NCBI GenBank assembly: GCA_014905635.1
Contig: JABVCE010000022.1
Span: 372,001 to 436,000, forward strand
Direction: 5' to 3'
From: Scenedesmus sp. PABB004
Taxonomy: Eukaryota
Length of the DNA stretch: 64,000 bases
Numbering within the stretch: the stretch's first letter is position 1; each line of letters starts with the position of its first letter. The notes below the pieces were generated by a model, which saw nothing but the letters and a program-made list of their open reading frames with translations, made no database searches and had not been told where the DNA came from. Shown one piece after another: positions 1 to 13,188 of the stretch. Both the position numbers and the translations under genes were made by a program.

Positions 1-17
1 CGCAAGCGCGCACGCGC

Positions 18-3000
18 CTTGTTGCGGCACTCGACCTCGGCGGCGCGCAGCGGCGCGGCGGCGGGCAGCTTGACCTGCAGCTCGAGGCTCGCGCCGTCCT
101 CAATCTCGAGCACCGCCGTGACCTCGCGCGCGGCGGGGCTCGCGCGCACGCGGAACGCGCAGCTGCCGCCGACCTCGCCGCCCGCGCCCGCGGCGTCGCG
201 CGCGATCGCCGCAAACTCGGCCGCGAGGATGGCCGGCGACTCGTGCCGCGACGTGTAGGCCTCCACCGCCGCCGCGGCGCCGCGGTCGCGCAGGTCACTG
301 AACCAGAGGCGCGCGCTCGCGGGCAGGCTGGACAGCACGCCGCGGTACGTCGCCGCGGCGGCGAGCCGCCAGCAGCCGGGGCTGGCCGGCAGGCCGAGCG
401 CGCGCAGCGCGGGCGCCAGCGCCCAGGCGCCGCCGGCGCCGCCGCCGCCGCCGAGCGCCTGCAGCCGCGCGCACAGCTGCGCCTGCGCGGCGGGCGGCAG
501 CGCGCCCGCGCCCCCGCCCGCGCCGGCGGCGGCGTCGGGCGCGCCCGGCTCCTGCCCGTGCTCCTCCGCGCCGGCGCCGGCGCCGCCGCGCGGCGCGCGC
601 CGGCCGCGCGGGGCCAGGCCGATGAGCCCGACCACGCGGTCCAGCAGCTCCGGCACCAGCTCCGGCACGTCGCGCAGCGCCTGCGTGAGCCGCGCGCGCG
701 CGTCCGCCTGGCGCGGGCCGAGGCCCGCGAGGTGCGCGAGAAGCAGCGCCCAGTGCAGCAGGTGCGCCTGCCACGGCCGCGGGCTGGTCAGGCCGGCCGC
801 CATCTCGGGGCGCAGCCCCGCGCGGACGAGGAAGGTCGCCGGGTCGTCACCGACACCAAACTCCAGCGCCTCCGCGTCGCCCTCGTCGCCGCCGGCGTCG
901 GCGGCGTGCGTGACGCGCGCCAGGCTCGCCGGGTGCAGCGCGAGCCGCCACGCGAGCGCCTGGAGCGGCTCGCAGGGGCCGTGGTGGTGCACCGCGCCCG
1001 CGCCGCCGCCCGCGTGCGCCATGGGCGCCGCCAGCAGCGCGAGGCAGCAGCTCACGGCGTCGACGCCCAGCAGCTCCAGCCGGTCGTCCGCCGCGGCGAG
1101 CGCCTTGCCGGCCGCCTCGTCGTCGGCGCCCGACAGGCAGCGCGCGAGCAGCGCCCACGTCGCGCCCTCGCCCGCCAGCGCGGCCAGCAGCGCGCCCGCC
1201 GCGTCGGGCCCGCAGCACGACGCGAGCGCGGCGGCGCCGCCGAGCGCGAGCAGCAGCGCGAGCAGCTCGCGCCGCGCCGACGCGAGCGCGAGGTCGAGCT
1301 GCGGCGCGCGGCCGGCCGCCTGGATGGGGCCCTGCAGCCCCAGCACCGCCGCCAGCAGCTGCAGGCCCAGCGACAGCGGGCGCAGGCCGAGCCCCGCGGC
1401 CGCGCCGCGCGCGGCGTCCGCGAGCGGCCCCGCGACGGCGGGCTGGCGCGCGAGCAGGCCCTTGCGCGCGAGGCGGCGCAGCAGCTCGATCGCCATCGCC
1501 GGCGTCATCACCGGCGCGTCGCCGCCGCCCGCCGCGGCAGCGGCGCCGCCGAGCGAGCCCGCCGCGGCGCACGCCGCGCCCGCGAGCCCGCCGGCGGCGC
1601 GCTCGACGTCGCGGCGCGCGGTGCTGAGCCGCGCCTGCGTGTCGCGCAGCACGACGTGCCACTCCGGCGCCGACATGTCCTGCCAGCAGTAGGCGACGCA
1701 GCAGAGCTGCAGCCGGCACAGCAGCAGCGGCATGGCGCCGCCGCCGTCGCCGCCGCCCGCGGCGGCGCCGCCCCCGCTCGGGCCGGCGCCGCAGGCGTGG
1801 CGCAGCAGCGCGGTGAGTCCCTGCCGCTCCACGCCCGTGCTCGCGCCCGCCGCCAGCGCGGGCGCGGGCGCGGCGCGGCCGTGGTGGCCCGCGTGCGCGC
1901 CCGCGTGCGTGGGCTCCTGATGCACCGGGAAGCACGCGACCGCCAGCTGCAGCAGGTCCTGCAGCTCCGCCGCCGCCGCCGGCTCGCTGCAGGCCGCGCC
2001 GGCAGCTGGCGCGGCCGGCGGCGGCTCCAGCGCAAGCGCGCGGTTGATGAGCCCGACTGACAGCGCGCTGAGCCCCGCGGCTGACACGCACGCGGCGTCA
2101 ACAAACCTGAACGACCCCGCCAGCGCCTCCAGCAGCGGCACCAGCACCCACGCGGGCGCGCCGCTGTCGCCGCCGGCGTAGCCCACGTGGCGCGCCGCCG
2201 CCGCCGCGACCCGGTCGCTGCAAAAGGCCTGCAGCAGGGGCAGCAGCTGCGGCGCCGCCGCGGGGCGGGCGGCGAGCAGCGCGAGCGCCTCGTGCAGCAG
2301 GCCCAGCAGCGTGCTGCTGAAGGTCGCCGCCGGCGACCCCGGCGCGGCGGCGGCGGCGCCGCCGCCCGCCGCCGCCTGCGCCGCATCGAGCAGCGCCACC
2401 AGGGCGCTGGCCAGCAACGAGCGCGCCGCCGCCGGCGCGGCGCGGGCGCTGGCCTTGGCGGCGCCGCGCAGCAGGTGCCGCCGCGCCGCCGCGGCCGCGG
2501 CGGGGACGCACTGCAGCAGCCGCTGCGCGGCCGCGGCCTCCACCGCGCCGCGACCGGCGTCGGCGTCGCCGCCGCCGTCGCTGCCGGCCGCCTCCGCCGC
2601 CGCCAGGCTGGTGGCCGTGCAGAGCAGCTCGAGCAGCAGCCACAGCCGGCTGGTGTCCGGCGTGGCGCTGCTGCTGCCCTGGCCGCTGGGCTGCGCGTGC
2701 AGCGGCAGCACCACGCCGCAGCCGGCCTGCAGCAGCAGCGCCGAGCTGAAGCATACCATGAGCGCCTGGCGGGGGCAGTCCAGGCCGCACAGCCCGTCGC
2801 TGCTGGCGCCGCCCGCGCCGGCCGCCACGCCCCAGCGCTGCCAGTCCGGCACGGCCGCCAGCAGCGCCGCCGCCAGAGCCTGCTGCTCCGGCCGGCCCTC
2901 CAGCCCCGACAGCACCGCGGCGGCGCGGGCGCCCCAGCGCACGCCCGCCTCGACGGCCGCCGGCGCGCCGCCGGCCGCGCCAGCCGCGGCCACGAGGCCG

Positions 3001-3514
3001 GCCACCAGCAGCTGCTGCAGCTGCGCCGCCAGCTGCGCGCCGGTCGTCGGCGGCAGGTCGGCCAGGGCGGCGGACAGCACGTCCGCGCCCCACACGCTGC
3101 GAGCGGCCTGCTGCAGCGCCCGCCAGGCTGCGCCGCCGCCGGCGCCTGCCGGCTGCTGCGCGCCGCCGGCGTCGCTGCCCTCGCCGTCTGTGCTGCCAGC
3201 GTCGGAGGCCTCGTCGTCGTCCAGCTCCGACCCCAGGCTGCTGCTGCTGCTCCCGCTCCCGTCACCGCTGCTCGCGGCCGCCTCGTCGTCGTCACTGCTG
3301 CCGGCGCCGTCGCCGCTGTCGCCGACCGGCAGCTCCAGCTCCTGCGGGCCGCCCCACGACAGCTGCGCCAGCAGCAGCAGCAGCTCCACGGCCTGCCCTG
3401 GCTGCTGCCACAGGCTGCACGAGCCCGGTCCGCCACCGTGGCTGCCCGAGTCCAGCGCCATGTGCAGCGCGGCCACGCTGACTGCTGCGGCCGCCGCCGC
3501 CGTGGCCTCCCCCG

Positions 3515-3552
<38 letters not shown>

Positions 3553-6461
3553 GCGAGCGCCGCGGCGAGGCAGGCCGCCATGTCTGCCAGCACCGCCGCA
3601 AGCGCGTCGCGCCCCAGCAGCACGGCCTGCTGCTCGTTTGCGCCCAGGCAGCAGCCGAGCAGTGAAGCGGCCGCCGCCTGGCTGCGGGGCAGGCCGCACC
3701 GGGCGCCGTCGCCGGCCGCCAGCCAGTCGGGCGCGGCGGCGGCGCCGTCACCGCCGCTGCCGGCGGCCGCCAGCTGCGCCGAGAGCCGCAGCGCCTGCGC
3801 GTCGAGCTGCGGGTGCGACCAGCCCGGCTCGGCGCCGCCGGCCGGGTTCTGGCCGCTCGCGAAGCGCCGCAGCAGGCCATCCAGGAAGCGCCAGCCGGCG
3901 ACGCACGCCGCGCCGTCGCCGTCGCCGTCGCTGGCCGGCGGTGCGGCCGCCGCGAGCACCGCGTCCCAGGCGGCCGCCGCGTCGCCGCTGCCGGCGATAC
4001 AAGTGAGCAGCAGGTCGGCGTCGGCCGGCGCCATGTGCCCGCCAGAGGCGCAGCTCGCCACGCCGAGGCGCACCAGCGCCGCGACGCTCCCGCCGCCGCC
4101 GCCGCGCTGCGCCGCGTCGGGCGACGGCGCCGCGTCAGCGCCCGCCGCCGGGTGGTCGCGTATGAGGCGCGCCACGAGCTGGCTGGCCGCGGGCGGCAGC
4201 TGCTGCCCCGCCTGCAGCCGCGGCAGCAGCGCGCCGCAGCACGCGCCCGCGAGCTGCGCCGCCGCGGCGCCGCTGTGAGGCGCGGCGCTGTCGGCGAGGG
4301 CGTCGAACAGCGCCTGCAGACGTTCGCACACCACCACGCCGGGCGCCGCACCCGCGCTGCGCTCGCCGTCGCCCGCCTCGCCCCCGTGCGCGGCGGCGGC
4401 CGCCGCGAGGTGCTTCTGCGCCGCGCCGCCGAGCGCGCCCAGCAGCACCTGCAGCTGCGCCGGCAGCGCCGCCTCGGCCCCGCCCTCGCCGCCGGGCGCG
4501 GCGCCGGCGCACTGCTGCAGCAGCAGGTCGCGGGCGACGCCCGCGGCCAGCTGGCCGTCGGCGCCCCCGCTGCCCAGCGCCAGGTCCAGCACGGCCGCGG
4601 CGTGGCCCTCGCACAGCAGCTGCTCCGCGTACCGCCGCGCGCCGCCCGCGGCCGCGCCGTCGCCGTCGCCGGCCGCCGCGAGCGCCGCCGCGTTGGCGAG
4701 GCCCCATCCCAGCAGCTCGCCGTACGCGGCGGCCGCGGCGGCGCGCGGCGCGGCGCCGCCCATCATGGGCGCGCCGAGCCCCGCCCACACGCCCTCGAGC
4801 AGCGTGTCCAGCACCAGCACCGGCTGCGGCGCGAGGACGCGCCGCGGCAGCAGCGCCACGAGCGGCAGCAGCGCGGGCAGCGAGCCGAGCGCGGAGCCGT
4901 AGCAGCCGTGGCGCAGCAGGCCGAGCAGGCGCGGCAGGACCGCCTTCTGCAGGTTGACCGCCGCCCAGCAGGCGGGCGCCTGGCTGCGTATGAAGCCCAG
5001 CAGCATCTCCCACATTGCCGGGTGGTTGGCCGCCTCCTTCTCCTGCGGGCAGCGAGCGCAGCAGAGTCGCAGGCCGGCCGGGCAGCGGCGCCGGCGGCGC
5101 GGCGGCGCGGCGGCGAGGCGCGCGCACCTGCAGCGCGCCCAGCACCGCCGGCGCGGCCGCCGCCTGCACGCCCGCCAGCAGCGCGGGCGCGGCGGCGGCC
5201 AGGGCCGCCACGAGGCCGTAGGCCGCGCGCCGCACGACGGGGCTCTTCGACGACACAAACTTTTTGAAAAAACCCGGCGTCGCCAGCAGCTCGCCCAGCT
5301 TGGCTTGCACCTCGTCCGCCGCGGCGTCCCCCCGGGCGCGTCGTCGGCGCCCGGCGGGCCGCCCGGGCGCGCCGCGGCCTGCAGCGTGGTCAGCAGCGCC
5401 GCGGCGCCCGCGAGCGCGGCCGCGCACACGCGCTCGTGGCGCTCCTCCAGCTCCTGCGGCGTGTCCTTGCGCGCGTCGCCAAACGTCTGCGGCGTGGACG
5501 CGAGGCACGCCGCCACGTGCGCGAGCACCTCCGCCCTGCGCGCCGGCGGCGGCGGCCGCGTCAGCGCGTGCCGCCTGGCGCGCCCCGCCGCGCGGCATCG
5601 CCCGCCCGCCCCGCCCGGCGCCGCCGCGGCGCTCACCGCGCAAACGCGAGCGCGTCGGCGGTCTTGCGGCCGGGGAAGACCGCCTCCAGCGCGCGCCGCG
5701 CCGCGCCCGCCGCGTCGGCGTAGGGATCGAAGCAGGCCAGGTACCAGGGCCCCAGCAGGCCCTTGAGCTGCGGCGCGAGCGCCTTGCCGGCCGCGGCGCC
5801 GACGACGCCCATGGCGGTCGCCGCCTCGGCGCGCACGGCGCGCGCGGGGTCGAGCAGGAGGCGCTTGAACGCGTAGCCCCACGGCGGCAGCAGCAGCGCG
5901 ACCTCCGCGGGCGACTTGCCGGGCACGAGCTCCCGCAGGCTCTGCGCGGCGGCGGCGGCGGCGGCGGCGGCGCGCAGGCGCGCGCGTGGGCGCAAAGCGC
6001 GGGGCGCGCCGCGACCGCCGCGCAGCGACCGCGCAGCGCCCTGCGCTGCGCGCGCCTGCAGCGCCTTGAGCTTTGTCGTCGCGTCACGTTTTGACAGGTG
6101 CCGCAGGCACTGCGCCAGCTCGCCGTCCAGCTGCGCCGACAGCTCCAGCGGGTCGGCGCCGGCGGGGCCCGCAGCAGCGCCGGCGGCGGCCGCCGCGGCG
6201 GCGGCCGGCGCGCCAAAGCCAAAGCCCGCGACGGGCCGGCCGCCGCTGAAGCTGCGAGGGCGGCGTGGGCGGCACACAGCGCCGGCGTGGGACGGGCGGC
6301 GCGGCGCGCGCGCCGCCTGCTGCGGCCGCTGCCGCCGCAGCCGCTGCTGCGCACCCGCCAAAGCCGCCGCCGAGGCCGCCCTTGGCCGCGAGCGCCTCCG
6401 CGGCCTTGGCGCTGGAGGTGGCCTTGTAGGACTTGCGGTCCCCGCCCTTGCTGCCCCCCAT
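18..6461 (-). CDS. LTN1: E3 ubiquitin ligase Listerin (RQC), multi-exon; C-terminal RING lies off the left edge
   Basis: ATG 6461 MGGSKGGDRKSYKATSSAKAAEAL; N-terminal motif LRHLSKRDATTKLKALQ, then LLLDPARAVRAEA and LKGLLGPWYLACFDPY; long helical body; RWD-like AREVTAVLEIEDGASLELQVKLP near 30-200; an intron (AAG|GC) starts at 17 and runs off the window. Confidence 0.9.
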
Positions 6462-6815
6462 GGTGGCGCCTGCCGGGCCAAGCCGACGCGATGGCGTCCG
6501 CGTGCGCGTGCGCGGCGCGAGAAGGGCCCGCGCGTGCCGGAGGTGGACGGCGCGATCGCGCGCTGTGCGTGGGGGTGGATGAGCGGTGGTCGCTCCGCCG
6601 GCGAGCGGCGGCGGCTCTGCGCTCGTGACGGGCGGCACGCCGCTCGTGACGCGGGCTTGGCTTCACGGCGTGAGCGCTCTCGGCCATTCCCCTGCTCCAG
6701 CCCTCACTCGTCCGCGCGCGATCAGCACCGAAGCCACACACGGCCGTGCGCACCACGCTGCTCGGCGCCGCTCCGTCGCCGCTGCTCGCCGGGCAGGCCG
6801 CCCGCCCGCGCCGCC

Positions 6816-7951
6816 ATGGCCGAGCCGCAGGCGGAGGCGGAGGCGGTGCTGGTGGTCGGCCCGCCGGGCGTGGGCAAGCACGCGCTGATCGCCGCGCTGC
6901 AGCCGCGCGGCGCGCCGGCGCCGGCCAAGCCGCGCGGCGACGCCGGACCGCGGCGCTACGTGCTGCCGCTCGACACGCGCTACTACACCGCCAGCCTGCG
7001 CCTGCGCGCGCACAGCACGCCGGCCGACGCGCGCGACGCGCCGGGGCCCCCGCAGGACACGGCCGCGCTGCAGGGCGTCGTGCTCGTATTTGACGCCGCG
7101 TGCGCCGCCAGCTTCGCCGCCGCCGCGGCGTGGGCGGACGCGCACACGCTGGACGGCGCCGAGGTGCGCCTGCTGGTGGCGGGCAAGGCCGACACGCTGC
7201 CGCGCGGCTGCTGCGACGGCGGCGCCGAGAGCAGCGCCGCGCGGCCGGACTGGCTGCGGTCCGCGATGGACTGGGCGGTGGAGCGGGGCTTTGAGTACGT
7301 TGAGGCCGCGCCCGGCGCGCCGGCGGCCGACGCGGCGCTGCGGCTCGACGGCGAGCCGCAGGGCGCGGCGCGCGTGCGCGCGGCGCTCGAGGCGCACGCG
7401 TGGCCCGGCGCGGCGCGCAAGGCGTGGGCGCCCGGCGGCGCGGCGGCGGCGGCGCAGCGTGCCGACGGCGCCGGCGCCGCCCGAGACCAGCGCGATGCCG
7501 CGGCGGCGGCCGGCGACGACGGCGCGGTGAGCGGCGGCGTGGGCGGCGCGCAGCCGCGGTGCGGGCAGCGGCCGCAGCCGGAAACGCCGGCGCCGGCGCC
7601 GACGGAGCAGCAGCAGCTTGCACCGGCGCCGCCGGCGCCTGGCAGCCTGGACGGGCTCGCCGACGACGGCGACGCCCTGGGCGGGGAGCTGGACGACCTG
7701 GACGAGCTGATGCAGCAGATGCGGGGTGCGCCATGCGCGCACGGCCCCGCGCACGCGGGTGGTTGGCCGGCGCGCTCCGGCGCGAGCAGCTCACCGCCGG
7801 TGCCCGCCGCCGCTCCCGCCGCCCAGGCATGCGCGCGAAGCTGTCGGGCCTGCCCGACGACCAGCGCCGCGCGGCGGCGGCGGACGCGGCGCTGAAGCTC
7901 GCCGCGCTGATGGGGCTCGACGACGACGCGAGCGACGACGCGGCCGGCTGA
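6816..7951 (+). CDS. Alpha/gamma-adaptin-binding protein p34 (AAGAB/Irc6)-like, 2 exons
   Basis: VLVVGPPGVGKHALI (degenerate P-loop), LDTRYYTASL, GVVLVFD, WAVERGFEYVE, RVRAALEAHAWPG; after a ~7725-7827 intron, C-terminal helix LPDDQRRAAAADAALKLAALMG. Confidence 0.8.
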
Positions 7952-8232
7952 GTGACCGACGGAACCCCAGCCGCGGCGTGACCCTCGCCGCTGCTCGCCC
8001 GCCGTGCTGCATCAGAAAAGAACAACCCACGCCGAGCAGCAGCAGCAGCAGCGACAGCACACGCGCACACGCCCTCGGCGCGACAGCAGCAGCAGTGGCG
8101 GCGCGCGAGCTGCGCCACGCCCGACGGCGGCGACCTCCGCAGTCCCGTAATGCACGAAGGCGCCTCGCCGAATAGCTGACGGGCCTGCGCGGGCGGCCCC
8201 AGCCTTCCGGCGGCGGCGGCGGCGGCGGAGGG

Positions 8233-10877
8233 ATGGCCGACCCGCGCGCGTCTGAGGCGCTGGCAGGTGCGCCAGCGGCCGATCCGGCCGCGCACAGCCT
8301 GGTGACGCCGAGACGTCGGTCTTTGGACGGGCTCCAGCGGCGGGGGGCCGCCCTGGCACGCGCACGGGCGCGGGCAGCAGCGGCGCCCGGCGCCGCGCGC
8401 GCTGCCGACGGCCGCCCCCCGTGAGCGCGCAGGCCTCAGCACGGTGCTGGCGGACATCACCCAGGAGCTGGCCAACGCGCGCGCCGAGGCCGCGGCGGCG
8501 CGCAGCCAGGCGCGGCACTGGCAGGTCGAGGCTGACGCGTGGCGCTGCAGGTGCGCGCTGCTGCCGCGCTGCTGACGCCGCACTGCGGACCGGCGTGGCG
8601 TGACCTCGGCGCCCCGCTCCCGCCCCCGCCGCGCCGCAGGCATGAGCAGGAGGCGGCGCGAAACGAGCGGCTGCGCCGCGTGCTGCGCTGCACGCCCGGC
8701 CCCGCCGGCCTGGCGGCGCAGCCCTCGCTGGCGCTGTCGCCGCGCGCGGCGTCCGCCTTGGGCGTAGGGCTGGCGGGGCCGTCGCTTCTGCGGCGCAGCA
8801 GCAGCAGCAGCAGCGGCGCCGGGCCGGGGCGGGCGGCTGCGCTCGCCGGGCCGGCGCGCAGCCCGCGCAGCAGCACGGGCGCGCCGCTGCAGTGCCTGGC
8901 CGAGGAGGCGGCGCCGGCCAGCAGCGACGGCGCAGCGCTGGGCGTGCGGCACAGCACCGCCGGCCTTGCCCGGGACGCGCCGCAGCAGGGCGGCGGCGCC
9001 GCGGCGGCGGCTGCGGCGCGCGGCGCGGCAGAGCCGCAGCCTCGACGGCTCCAGCGGGATGCAGCCGGCAGGGGCCGAGGACGGCGGCGGCGCGGCGAGC
9101 CCGACGTGGCGGCAGCCGCCGGCGCCAGGCGGCCAGCCCCTGGCCGGCCGCGTCGCGTCGCACGCGCTGCCCGATCCCTTTGCCGCCTGCAGCAGCCTCG
9201 CCCCGGGCTTTTCCGGCACGGCGAGCGGCGACGTGCTGTCGGCCGTGGGCAGCAGCAGCAGCGCGTGGGACGGCGAGGCTGCGGCGGCGGCGGCGCAGCA
9301 GCGGCGGGAGCGGGAGCAGCAGCTGGGGCAGGGCGGCGGCGGCAGCGCGGGCGTGCCCTCGATGGCGGACGCCGTGGCGGGGCTGGAGCTGCTGCTGCAG
9401 GAGCAGGAGCAGCAGGAGCAGGCTGCGAGCGACCAGGTGCCGCCGGTGCGGCGCTCGCGCACGCTGCCGCGCAGCTTTGTGGTCGGCGGCGGCGGCGGCA
9501 TGGCGAGCGCGCGCTCGTGGGCGCTGCCGCCGCCCTGGGGCGCCGCCGCCGGCGCGCACCCGGGCGGCAGCAGCAGGCACACGGTGGACCAGCTGCTGCG
9601 CATGATGATGGCATTCACCATCATGCAGGGCGGCGCCCCGGGCGGGCCCGGCGGCGCGGGTGCGGCCCGCGCGGCGCCGGCGCGGCGCGCGCGGCGCAGC
9701 GCGCGCGGCGCGGCGAGCGCGGCGCGCGCTGACCGCCGCCGCCCGCAGACGGCGCGGCCGACGACGGCGGCGAGGGCGGCGAGGACGAGCCGCTGCCCAC
9801 GGTGTCGCTGGACGACGACGACGGCAGCAGCGGCGTCGGCCTCGCCGCGGCGGCGGCGGTCTCGGCCGCCATGGCGCGCGCGTGGGCGAGCGCGGCGAGC
9901 AAGGAGCAGCGCGCCGTCGCGGCGGCGCAGGCAGCCGCGGCGGGCGCGGGCGGCGGCGGGCCCAGCGCCTGCGGCGGGGGGCAGCGCGCCGGCTTCCGGC
10001 TCGTGGCGACCGTCACCAACAAGATGGGTGAGGCCCGGGTGGGGTGGGGTGGGGGGTGGGGTGGCGGGGGAGGGACGGTGGTGCAGCGGCCAGCGCCGCC
10101 GTCCGCTCGCGCAGGCGCCCAGCCCGCCGCTGCCGCCGCCGGCGCCACGCCGCGCGCCGCGCGCGCCGCAGGCAAGCGGCCGCCCAGCAGCGCCGCGCTG
10201 GCATCTTATTACAGCCAGGACTCACTCGACGGCGGCGCCGGCGCCGGCGGCGCCGGCGGCGGCGGCGGCGGCGGCAGCAGCCCAGACCTGCCCGGCATGC
10301 TGCGCAGCAGCGGCGCCGCGCCGTCGGCGCTCGCCCGCGCGGGGTCCGGCGGGCCCGGTGCCGCGGACGGCGCGCCCGGCGCCGACGCCGCGGCGCCCGG
10401 CGCCGGCCGGCCGCCGCTCTCGCCCGGCGGCAGCGCCAGCGGCGGCGCCAAGGGCCTGCCCACGGCGGGCGCGGCGGCGGCGGCCGCCGCGCGCGGCGCC
10501 GCCGACGCCGCCGCGCCGGGCACGGGGCAGGCGACCGCGATCAGCCTGCACTGGCTCAGCCGTCCCCACACCGTGCTGGTCATGCGCAAGCTGGCGCCGA
10601 GCACCGAGGCAGCCTTCCTGCGCGCGCTCGACTGGCTCAGGCGCGGCGGCGCGCCGCGCGCGGCAGCCGGCCTGCCCGCGCGCACGGCGCCCCCTCTCAC
10701 CACGGGCCTGCCCGTCCGCCCGTCTGCCCCGCCGCCTGCCCGTCCGTCCGTCTTCCGCCGCCGCCCAGGCGGCACCGCATCACCATCTACGTGGAGCCGA
10801 GTGTGTACCAGGAGCTGCTGGCCAGCGGGCGCGTGGTGCCGCTGTCCGGCGGCGGCGACGGCGGCGGCGCCAAGGAC

Positions 10878-10908
<31 letters not shown>

Positions 10909-12307
10909 GCGGCGGCGGCGAGCTGCCGCGCAGCGGCAGCGGCAGCGGCCGCGGCAGCAGCAGCTGCATCAGCGGCCTGCTGGTGAGCACAGAGCCGCAG
11001 CCGCCGGCGCAGCACGCGGCGCAGCAGCCGCCGCAGGACGGCGGCGGCGCCGGCGGCCAGCTGGTGAGCGCCTGCAGCTGGCCCGCGGCGCAGCAGCCGA
11101 GCCGGCTCGGCCACGGCGCGGGCGGCGGCGAGCGCGGCGGTGTGATCAAAACGTGGCAGCCGGGGCTCCCCAGCGACGCGCAGCGCGGCGGCGGCGGCGG
11201 CGGCGGGGGCGAGGCGTCGGGCGTGCCGCGCGACCTGCTGCCCGAGGCCGTCGCGGCGCAGCTCGACCTGGTGCTCGTCCTCGGCGGCGACGGCACGGTG
11301 CTGTGGACGTGCCACATCTTCGGCAACAGGCGCGGCGCTGCACGGCGCGCCGTGCCGATGGGCACGCCAGATGGGGCTGGGCTGGGCTGGCTGCCGCTGG
11401 CGCGCCGAGCCCTGCGCGGCTCGCCCCTCCCTGCGCGCCGTGACGCGCCGGCGCCGTGACGCCCGCGCGCGCGCGCGTCAGGTCGGTGCCGCCGCTGGTG
11501 CCGTTCAACCTCGGCAGCCTCGGCTTCCTCACACCCTTTGACCCGGACCGCCTCGAGGGCGTGCTCGCGCGCGCGCTGCGCGGTGCGGCGCCGCGCCGCG
11601 CCGCGCGGCCGGGGCCGCGGCCGCGGCCGCGCCGCGCGCGGCGGCCCGCACGCCGCGCGCCGCGCGCGCTGCGCTGCCGGCCTCCGTGCATCAGCCGCGC
11701 CGCCCGCCGCTCACCACACCGCGCCGCGCCACGCGCCGCGCCACGCGCCGCGCCACGCCCCCCCCCCCCCCCCCCCCAGGCGGCTTCCCCATCACGCTGC
11801 GGCACCGGCTGCACTGCACCATCGTGCGCCGCAGCGCCGCCGGCGCGGCGTGCGTCGCCGCGGCGCCGCCGCCCGACGGCGGCAGCCCCGGCGCGGCGGT
11901 CGGCGCGCTGCCTGTGGTGCGGCGCGGCTGCCTGGGCGCCGCGGTGTACGGGGAGGAGCACGTGGCGCTGAACGAGGTGGTGCTCGAGCGCGGGCTGAGC
12001 CCATTCCTGACCAACCTGGAGTGCTTCTGCGACGGCGCGTTCGTCACGCATGTGCAGGCACGCCGCCGCGGCGGCGGCGGTGGCGGCCGGCGCTGGCGCG
12101 GCGCGGCGGCCCACGCGCCGCCGCCGCCGCCGCCGCCGCGCGCGCAGGGCGACGGCCTGATCCTGGGCACGCCGACCGGCTCCACCGCCTACTCGCTCGC
12201 GGCGGGCGGCAGCATGGTGCACCCGCAGGCGCGTGCGCCGCGCCGCCACCTCAATCACACGAGGTCTCTATCACATGTGAACACGCTTGCGCCTCGCCGA
12301 CCAGCGC

Positions 12308-12344
<37 letters not shown>

Positions 12345-12798
12345 TGCGTGTGCGCAGGTGCCGTGCATCCTCTTCACGCCCATCTGCCCGCACAGCCTCT
12401 CCTTCCGGCCCCTCATGTTCCCGGACTACTGCCAGCTCTGCATCCAGGCGCGGCGGCGCGGCCTGGCGCGGCGCCGCGCCGCCGCCGCGCGCTCCCTCCC
12501 GCGCGCGAGCGAGGCCGCGGCGGGCCGCGCCGCCGCCGCCGAGCGCGCCCGCCCGCCCCGGCCCGCCCCGGCGCCATGCTGTGCAGGTGCCGCTCGACGC
12601 GCGCGGCGGCGTGTGGGCGAGCTTTGACGGCAAGGACCGCACCGAGCTGGGCCCCGGGGACGCGGTCGTCGTGCGGCTGAGCCGCTGGCCCGTGCCGAGC
12701 GTCGCCGCCGAGGCCGACCCAGCGGCGACTGGTTCAGCGCGGTGCGGGAGTGCCTGCACTGGAACGTGCGCAAGGTGCAGGGCGGCGCCGGCGCGTGA
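8233..12798 (+). CDS. NAD(H) kinase, multi-exon, long low-complexity N-terminal extension
   Basis: VLGGDGTVLW (~11275), VPFNLGSLGFLTPF, ALNEVV, GDGLILGTPTGSTAYSLAAGGSMVHP, FTPICPHSLSFRP, SFDGKDR, DWFSAVRECLHWNVRK; apparent 1-nt loss at ~12720; start codon tentative. Confidence 0.93.
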
Positions 12799-13188
12799 AG
12801 GCGCGAGGCGCGGGCGTGAGCCGCCGCGGTGCAACGGCGCTCGAGCCCTGCAGGCGCCGCGCCGGCAGCGCCCTGGCCGCGGGCCGCCGCCAGCCGGGCC
12901 CCACTCTCCCCCGGCCTCAGCATCGGCCAGCGCCCCGCCCGCCGCCCGCCGCCGCGAGCGCGCGCCCGGCCGCCGCTGCCGCCGCCGCCGGCGGAGCAGC
13001 CCGCCGCACTTCCGCCGCATCCTCCCCCCGCGCGTCGCCATGGGCTGGCTGGTGAGGGGGCGGTAATGGGCCCGCGATCGGCGGCAGGCGCGCGCGGGCC
13101 GCACAGGCGCCGCGCTCGCCGATGCTGCGCCCGGGCAGCCTCGCCCCCCCCGCTCGGAGCCGGGGCCGCGCCGCCGGGCTGGCGCGGC

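Noticed and set aside
4135..9624. 1829-aa ORF and other giant Arg/Ala/Pro-rich ORFs (e.g. 18426-22418, 35390-37747)
   Set aside because: Stop codons are rare at ~80% GC; these run through introns, intergenic DNA and antisense strands of real genes and have no coherent domain.
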